In this document: positions 58,957 through 64,000 of the stretch, piece after piece
Layout of the letters: the number at the start of each line of letters is the position of its first letter
How positions within the stretch are numbered: position 1 is the first letter of the stretch
Source: an uncultured Desulfobacteraceae bacterium
Lineage (GTDB): Bacteria; Desulfobacterota; DSM-4660; Desulfatiglandales; HGW-15
Reading direction: 5' to 3'
Length of the DNA: 64,000 nucleotides
NCBI GenBank assembly: GCA_964520425.1
Contig: CAZFMX010000005.1
Coordinates: 1,416 to 65,415 of the forward strand
Position numbers and translations under genes: made by a program
The notes under the pieces: model-generated
What the model saw: the letters and a program-made list of their open reading frames with translations, nothing else
The model's database searches: none
What the model was told of the DNA's origin: nothing

Positions 58957-59372
58957 CCAGGAATCAAATATAAAATGGCGTCCCCAAAGGAACTCCTCAT
59001 TTACCCGTATTGCTCCATTCGTATCATAAGACACAGTAATTACTGCGAATTTTACCCATCAAAGCGGCATAAAAAACCAGTTATTGTCTCATTCCGCCGC
59101 GTATCTCATCGCAACAGCAAATAATCTGAAGACATGACAGTGTGTGTCTAAAATCCATCTGGGAGGGGGAAGGAGGAAAGGGTGTGTAATTAGGATCTCC
59201 AGAAACGTCCAGGCATCAATGACAAAACGTCAAGAAGTGTTCTTTATCCCTATTTACAACATGTTAGCAGAATCACCTATTAGTGCTATTACCCTGATCG
59301 TTAGACATAATACATAGTAAAGTAGTAAAAACTAGCCTTAAATACCCCAAAAGCCATCAATAACACAAATCA

Positions 59373-59402
59373 TTGACAAGGATAGATGGTTAGACATATA
59401 AT
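59373..59402 (+). promoter_or_regulatory. near-consensus sigma70-type promoter
   Basis: TTGACA (59373-59378), 18-nt spacer, TATAAT (59397-59402). Confidence 0.55.
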
Positions 59403-59603
59403 ATAGTAAGTTTATATGTAGTTTTAGTGAATCACAACCAGAGGAAGTCGATCTAATCAGAGAAACAATTGATAGTGCTACGCAGGTATCACCCTGAGTC
59501 CATTATTGACTCACCCCATTGTGGGAAGAAGTAGCATGTATTTACTCCCACTGATTAGCCTAAGTCTGCAGAGGCAGCTAATCATAGCTGGGGAGGCAAT
59601 GGA

Positions 59604-59657
59604 AAAAGTCTTCGGAGGACACTATTGCTGTGTCCCTTTGGAGGCTTTTTGTTTTTT
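59604..59657 (+). terminator. strong intrinsic terminator/attenuator within the leader of the 59709 gene
   Basis: AAAAGTCTTCGGAGGACAC-TATTGCT-GTGTCCCTTTGGAGGCTTTT, a ~19-bp stem with G-U pairs and one bulge, followed by TGTTTTTT. Lies 52 nt before ATG 59709. Confidence 0.6.
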
Positions 59658-59708
59658 CCGATTAGATAGATTTGGCGCCTTTCCTTACGTTGTTGGCTGG
59701 AGGCTTCT

Positions 59709-60689
59709 ATGAAAACATGTCCTTTCTGCCTGGAGAAAATTCAGAACGAAGCAATCAAATGCAAACACTGTGGAGAGTTTTTCGAGCAAAAGCCTGTTTT
59801 TGAAAAAAACTCTGTCAGCTATTCACCGAAAGTTGAACCAATCCAATCTGAGGATATTGAATTTATAGATTCTGAAAATGAACTAGAGAACAAAAGACTG
59901 CGACATGGCGCAAGAACAGAAGAACAAGACACAGTTGAATGTAATAAGTGCGGAGAATATTTTGATGACAATGTACAGTTCTGCCCGAATTGTGGTGCTT
60001 ACGTCAGTAAAAAAAGAAAAAAGAAGTTCTTGTTCGTCATTAATAGCATTTCGTTTTTGATACTTTTCTTAGTGTTAGCAATTTCTAAATATGCTGGAGA
60101 GCTGACCAGAGAAAAACTCGTTCCATCCATTGATTCTGAAAAAGTCGTAGTAGACAAGGATCAGAACAGAAAAGGCCCCATTGCCATTGACCCTGATAGT
60201 ATCGTTCTAATTGAGGATCATAATGAAAAAAGTCCAGTTGTCATTGACCCTGATAAAAGTGTCTCCCAGTGGAGTTATGACTCTAGAAAGTCAAAGGATC
60301 AACTTGGAAGCACCGTCTATGATACTGTAATTACATGGGACGAGCACGAGAATGGGTGTGAATGGCGTTGTAAGAACTTTGGAGGAGCAGATACGGAATT
60401 CAATTATGATGCGTTCAATGATTGGTTAGAATGCTGGCTAAGAACTGTACCCGACGCCCATGAGTGGGACTTCGATAGGGTCTTTGGATGGCAACATGAA
60501 GTTATGCTTCTCTATAATTACAAGCTAAATGGAGTAAGTAAATACAACAACTTAGAACACGCATCACCTAGTTGGATGTATGCCCATACCTATTTAAGTT
60601 ATCTGATGGAGACAGGTTGGAAAAGCGTTTCACTAAGTGAAATACCAGTATGTATCCGTGATTATGTAAAGAGAGAACGTGGCTATTAA
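59709..60689 (+). CDS. double zinc-ribbon, single-pass membrane protein of unknown function
   Basis: CPFCLEKIQNEAIKCKHCG and CNKCGEYFDDNVQFCPNCG, then KKRKKK + TM helix FLFVINSISFLILFLVLAI, then a Trp/Cys-rich C-terminal domain. RBS GGAGG. Confidence 0.6.
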   Translation: MKTCPFCLEKIQNEAIKCKHCGEFFEQKPVFEKNSVSYSPKVEPIQSEDIEFIDSENELENKRLRHGARTEEQDTVECNKCGEYFDDNVQFCPNCGAYVSKKRKKKFLFVINSISFLILFLVLAISKYAGELTREKLVPSIDSEKVVVDKDQNRKGPIAIDPDSIVLIEDHNEKSPVVIDPDKSVSQWSYDSRKSKDQLGSTVYDTVITWDEHENGCEWRCKNFGGADTEFNYDAFNDWLECWLRTVPDAHEWDFDRVFGWQHEVMLLYNYKLNGVSKYNNLEHASPSWMYAHTYLSYLMETGWKSVSLSEIPVCIRDYVKRERGY

Positions 60690-60800
60690 TGAGCAAACTA
60701 GAGAGGGATACAAGAAACTGCCAGGCTATGAGCATAATTCAAATATGAGCGGTAGCACATATGAAGAATCAGATGAATAAGTGTAAAGGAGAAAATATAC

Positions 60801-61313
60801 TTGGGTGTGCTGAAAATAGATCTTAGTTCTAGTCAAAGAATGCGATGGCCTAATAAGTGTCCATACTGTGGGGAAAAAGCTGATACGGAAGCAAGAACAA
60901 GTCTCACAGTCTTTGCAGGAGAACTTAGATATTTTGTCGTAGCTTTTGGATGGACAGAGCGTAAATACACGATTTCGTATCCAGTCTGCCGGAAACACAA
61001 TAAATTTGTCTATACTCGCATGCCTTCATGGGGATTTTGGGGAAATCTCTTTGTTTTCCTAATGATCACTCTCGCCTTACCTGCTCTCGTAGTAGCTTTG
61101 CAGTATATCACGAGTGATGTATTGAAGTATCTTGCAGCAGCGCTAGCAGTTGCGATTTATGTCTTTTCATTTTTTTGCTTGTTTATCTCTCCGTTCATAT
61201 TAAAGCCTGTCAGAATCTCTCCTAGTGGAAAAGGATCAGCTAAGCTGTATATCCGTAATGAAGGCTGCTTTCGTGAATACCGAATTCTAAACCAAAACAT
61301 CCTTCTCCCGTAA
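60801..61313 (+). CDS. zinc-finger-like N-terminus plus 2-TM membrane protein, unknown function
   Basis: TTG start with AAAGGAG 8 nt upstream. CPYCG...CRKH. Two hydrophobic helices. Confidence 0.5.
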   Translation: MGVLKIDLSSSQRMRWPNKCPYCGEKADTEARTSLTVFAGELRYFVVAFGWTERKYTISYPVCRKHNKFVYTRMPSWGFWGNLFVFLMITLALPALVVALQYITSDVLKYLAAALAVAIYVFSFFCLFISPFILKPVRISPSGKGSAKLYIRNEGCFREYRILNQNILLP

Positions 61314-61381
61314 TATTTGAAAAAGACAGATACACCATAGCGACTGCAAAGAGAGAGCGGCTCAACCATTCAAGGTTTTAT

Positions 61382-62140
61382 ATGGCAATAATAAGAATCA
61401 AAAACATGGCAAATATTGATGTTGGAGATGAGAATGAATACGAGAATAAACTTGCCTCACATTGTCAGCTTGGCAACGGCTTCGTTTGGTTGGTTTTCTA
61501 TGATGATTCTTTACCTCCTAATCTGCAGGGCAGATGTGTTCCGAAGGATCTGTTATATCTTTGCCCGGAGCCATATAACAGCAGTATAATTAATAGTAAT
61601 GATTGGCAGGAGCATCGGAAATGGGATTGCTACATTGCTATTTCCGAAGAATGGTGCGAGAAGAAAGACAAATACCCAGCCTACTTTACATACTTAATTG
61701 GTCATGAACTAGGTCATGCAAAAATCTGGCTATCTGATTCAGGTTTGTTTGAATTCTGTTGGCTAATACACTTATATCTTGTGGAGAGAAGCAAACAGGG
61801 AGAAAGAATCCTGCTGCATGAGTTTCCGGAGGAGTCTCATTGTGATCACTTTGGGGTCTATTTGTGTGAGAAACTAAGTCTTCGGTCTCAACTGAATAGA
61901 GAAATCATAGAGATGATTTCGGAGGACTCCTGTAAAGATCGTGAGAGGCTTCAGTGGCTACTCACCATAAGTGGATCTGATGATTTAGATAAATTGAGGG
62001 CGGATTTAGTAAATTCTTTTCGACCTCAAAGGCCGGATCTGATTGATTATTGGGAGAAGAGAAAACAAAACAATAGAATTACATGCCTTACTCAAAAATA
62101 TGAGCGTGCTCATTTCGAAGCACTGTTTGATTTCAGATGA
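61382..62140 (+). CDS. putative zinc metallopeptidase-like protein (HExxH)
   Basis: YLIGHELGHAKIW with a downstream acidic/His cluster (HEFPEESHCDH). Family not recognised. Confidence 0.5.
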   Translation: MAIIRIKNMANIDVGDENEYENKLASHCQLGNGFVWLVFYDDSLPPNLQGRCVPKDLLYLCPEPYNSSIINSNDWQEHRKWDCYIAISEEWCEKKDKYPAYFTYLIGHELGHAKIWLSDSGLFEFCWLIHLYLVERSKQGERILLHEFPEESHCDHFGVYLCEKLSLRSQLNREIIEMISEDSCKDRERLQWLLTISGSDDLDKLRADLVNSFRPQRPDLIDYWEKRKQNNRITCLTQKYERAHFEALFDFR

Positions 62141-62225
62141 ATCATACTCACATAATCACTTCCAATTACCCATCGTGGTCAATCCCTCTCCTTATCCCTA
62201 TATTTTTAATCAGGCCCCTATAGTT

Positions 62226-62277
62226 AAGTGAAGATAAAGTAGTCAAGTGAAGATAAAATAACCTTACAGAAGGTTAT
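62226..62277 (+). repeat. two 13-bp direct repeats (19-bp period) followed by an 8-bp-stem hairpin
   Basis: AAGTGAAGATAAA (62226-62238) and AAGTGAAGATAAA (62245-62257), then ATAACCTT-ACAG-AAGGTTAT (62258-62277). Confidence 0.6.
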
Positions 62278-62460
62278 AGCCCCCTTTCCTTCCATTCAAA
62301 CAACACCTACAAATCAATACCGAACTTCGCCTGTTCGACCCTGGGGACATGCTGCGGCCATCTTACAGCTAATCTGTGTTGCGAAGCTCATCATTTTCAT
62401 TGTCGATCGTTCTTGCTGATTGAGGCATAAAAAATTCCGATCAGAAAGGAGGTGAAAAAC

Positions 62461-62643
62461 ATGTCTAATTTCTTTGATGATGACTGCGATTTTGGATGGC
62501 AAGAAATGGGGATGCTTGGCGCTCTCGCAGAAGAGATGTCTGAAGAAGAAAAAGAGCGTCTGAGGCTAGAACAAGAGATAGAGAAAGAAATGGATAGATC
62601 CTGCTGTAATGAAGACTTTTCAGAAGAAGATTTTCGTCCATAA
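62461..62643 (+). CDS. small highly acidic protein
   Basis: 60 aa from ATG 62461 (AAAGGAGGTG upstream). 21 of 60 residues are D/E by my count. Confidence 0.5.
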   Translation: MSNFFDDDCDFGWQEMGMLGALAEEMSEEEKERLRLEQEIEKEMDRSCCNEDFSEEDFRP

Positions 62644-62726
62644 CTAAATTTCAAGAGTAGAGACAGAGGCAGCCGTATGGTCTTTATGATCATGCGGCTT
62701 TTCTTGTTTCTGAAAGGAGTAGAACG

Positions 62727-63065
62727 ATGTGGAATGAGCCATCAACAGAAAGACTGGCAGAAATACCGAGGCTCTACGAGACAGAGCACATAGCTCTGGA
62801 GCTGAAAATGATCCATCTACATTTCTTCATAGGCGGCTGTGATTGGTATATTGCAGAGTTTGACGGAGAGGACATCTTCTTTGGCTTTGTGATCCTAAAT
62901 TCTGATTACCAAAATTCTGAATGGGGATACATCAGTTTCCGTGAATTGAAGTCCATTAAGATACATGGCTGCTTAGAAGTAGATACCGAAAGCATTTGGC
63001 AGGTCTGTGAGGCACAGAAGATAGAGAAGATAAGAATTGCACATGGATGGTCTTGGGATTTCTAA
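62727..63065 (+). CDS. DUF2958-family protein
   Basis: ...IPRLYETEH...MIHLHFFIGGCDWYIAEFDGEDIFFGFVILNSDYQNSEWGYISFRELKSI matches the DUF2958 pattern as I remember it. RBS AAAGGAG. Confidence 0.7.
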   Translation: MWNEPSTERLAEIPRLYETEHIALELKMIHLHFFIGGCDWYIAEFDGEDIFFGFVILNSDYQNSEWGYISFRELKSIKIHGCLEVDTESIWQVCEAQKIEKIRIAHGWSWDF

Positions 63066-63241
63066 CGAAAGAGCTCAGAAGTAGATCAGTTGAGATCCAT
63101 GACCTATGTACTTAAAACAAAGTGATAGCAGTCTTGTTGAGTTTTTCTCCATTTTCTTGTAGTATAAGAAAATAGCTGTCGGTCTGTTTGGACTACACCC
63201 CTAATAAATATGTTCGATTTCTGAGTGAAGGAATATAGTTC

Positions 63242-64000
63242 ATGATAAGTCGCAAAAGTGCCATGGCAATTGCCAATGCATATACTAGCAAATTCACATA
63301 CTCAAAAAGATCGGGTTATGGCGAAAAGGATAAAGTATATCATAATGGCCTTTACGACTACCTTTATGAACACGAATATCAAGCTTGGTTTTGCAACGCC
63401 AGTAAGAAGCCATATACCATAAGAGGACTTAAAGAATGGTTTCTAAGAATTCATACCGGTGAAACTCTTTACGATGCTACCCAAAGTTGGCCTTGGGATA
63501 AAAGAAAAGCACTTGGACAAGAATATTTAAAGAATTTGGCTCGTGATATTTTGAATTTTTACGCACCAAATCTTGAAGATCGTTGGTCTGGAGAAAAGTA
63601 CAAGAAGCATTATGATGAGATAACAAGACGCCTGGAAATCGATGGATACATTTTCAAAGATGGTCAAGTTTATCGAACAGAACCAGATGTTTTAGATGTT
63701 GAAGAGGAGTTAAGTCTTTTGGAGACTCTTCATAGGTCTTTAGGGCTTTCGGATCGTGAAGAGACTTTTCAATTTTTCAAGCTTTGTGAAGACCATTTTA
63801 TTGCAGGAAAGTGGTCAGACAGCATTGCCAACTCAAGAAAATTCTTGGAGGCTATTCTTCAGCAAGTCGCTTCACGATTTTCGTCTGCCAAGGGGTTAGT
63901 CTTAAATAATGGAGCATTGGATCGTCCTGTTGAGATACGAACATTCCTTGAAAGGGAAGGCTTGTTAGAGAGAAGAGAAAGAGAAGCTGTTGATAAAATC
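63242..64000 (+). CDS. hypothetical protein, N-terminal 253 codons (gene runs off the right edge)
   Basis: Absent from the ORF track. Manual translation: MISRKSAMAIANAYTSKFTYSKRSGYGEKDKVYHNGLYDYLYEHEYQAWF...FIAGKWSDSIANSRKFLEAILQQVASRF..., open to base 64000. Confidence 0.55.
   Translation, partial: MISRKSAMAIANAYTSKFTYSKRSGYGEKDKVYHNGLYDYLYEHEYQAWFCNASKKPYTIRGLKEWFLRIHTGETLYDATQSWPWDKRKALGQEYLKNLARDILNFYAPNLEDRWSGEKYKKHYDEITRRLEIDGYIFKDGQVYRTEPDVLDVEEELSLLETLHRSLGLSDREETFQFFKLCEDHFIAGKWSDSIANSRKFLEAILQQVASRFSSAKGLVLNNGALDRPVEIRTFLEREGLLERREREAVDKI

Noticed and set aside
58976-59060. A tRNA-like 3' end on the minus strand (...GAGTTCCTTTGGGGACGCCA), considered as a possible island integration site.
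   Set aside because: I could not build a T-arm (no GTTCRANYC-type loop with a paired 5-bp stem), a D-arm or an anticodon stem. The resemblance is limited to a terminal GCCA.
59170-59195. The purine tract GGGAGGGGGAAGGAGGAAAGGG, considered as a G-quadruplex or regulatory element.
   Set aside because: It has only three clean G3+ runs. It is an isolated occurrence with no supporting context.

Overview
This 64-kb window is a chromosomal segment. Its gene content suggests an anaerobic Desulfobacterota/deltaproteobacterium-like organism: tungsten-type aldehyde:ferredoxin oxidoreductase, a molybdopterin oxidoreductase, AmmeMemoRadiSam protein B, a long acyl-CoA dehydrogenase and many PilZ/two-component genes. 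That assignment is inference only.

I support about 45 CDS, including dnaE, purB, rarA, a nifS-type cysteine desulfurase, an asnB-type amidotransferase and a wbpB/wbpD-like pair. Two CDS missing from the ORF track run off the window edges: a TolC-like gene at 1-768 (-) and an unknown gene at 63242-64000 (+). I found no rRNA, tRNA or CRISPR array.

The unusual content is mostly non-coding:
1. A 1.5-kb IS110/IS1111-type element (19769-21269) sits exactly at the terminus of a MITE-like repeat. Its long 3' non-coding arm contains a 9-nt perfect complement of the reconstructed empty target site, so it is a candidate bridge RNA.
2. The intergenic regions are a mosaic of structured repeat families:
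   - Family A has CTAG/CTAA flanks and carries several different cores, including a ~225-nt rod-like 'D' core present three times.
   - Family B has clean 5-bp target duplications.
   - Family C has compensatory stem changes.
   - Pyrimidine-rich 7-9-nt micro-repeat arrays bracket operons.
3. A ~90-nt conserved leader motif is shared by two unlinked genes: a zinc-finger/Toprim/DnaB-like fusion and an apparently degenerate hybrid histidine kinase.
4. An AT-rich island runs from ~58.1 kb to the window end. It has a 1.6-kb gene-free boundary followed by a promoter, ~200-nt leader and strong terminator. Its genes are zinc-ribbon membrane proteins, an HExxH protein, a very acidic small protein, DUF2958 and a partial unknown gene.

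All functional calls come from by-eye motif recognition. No database search was run.
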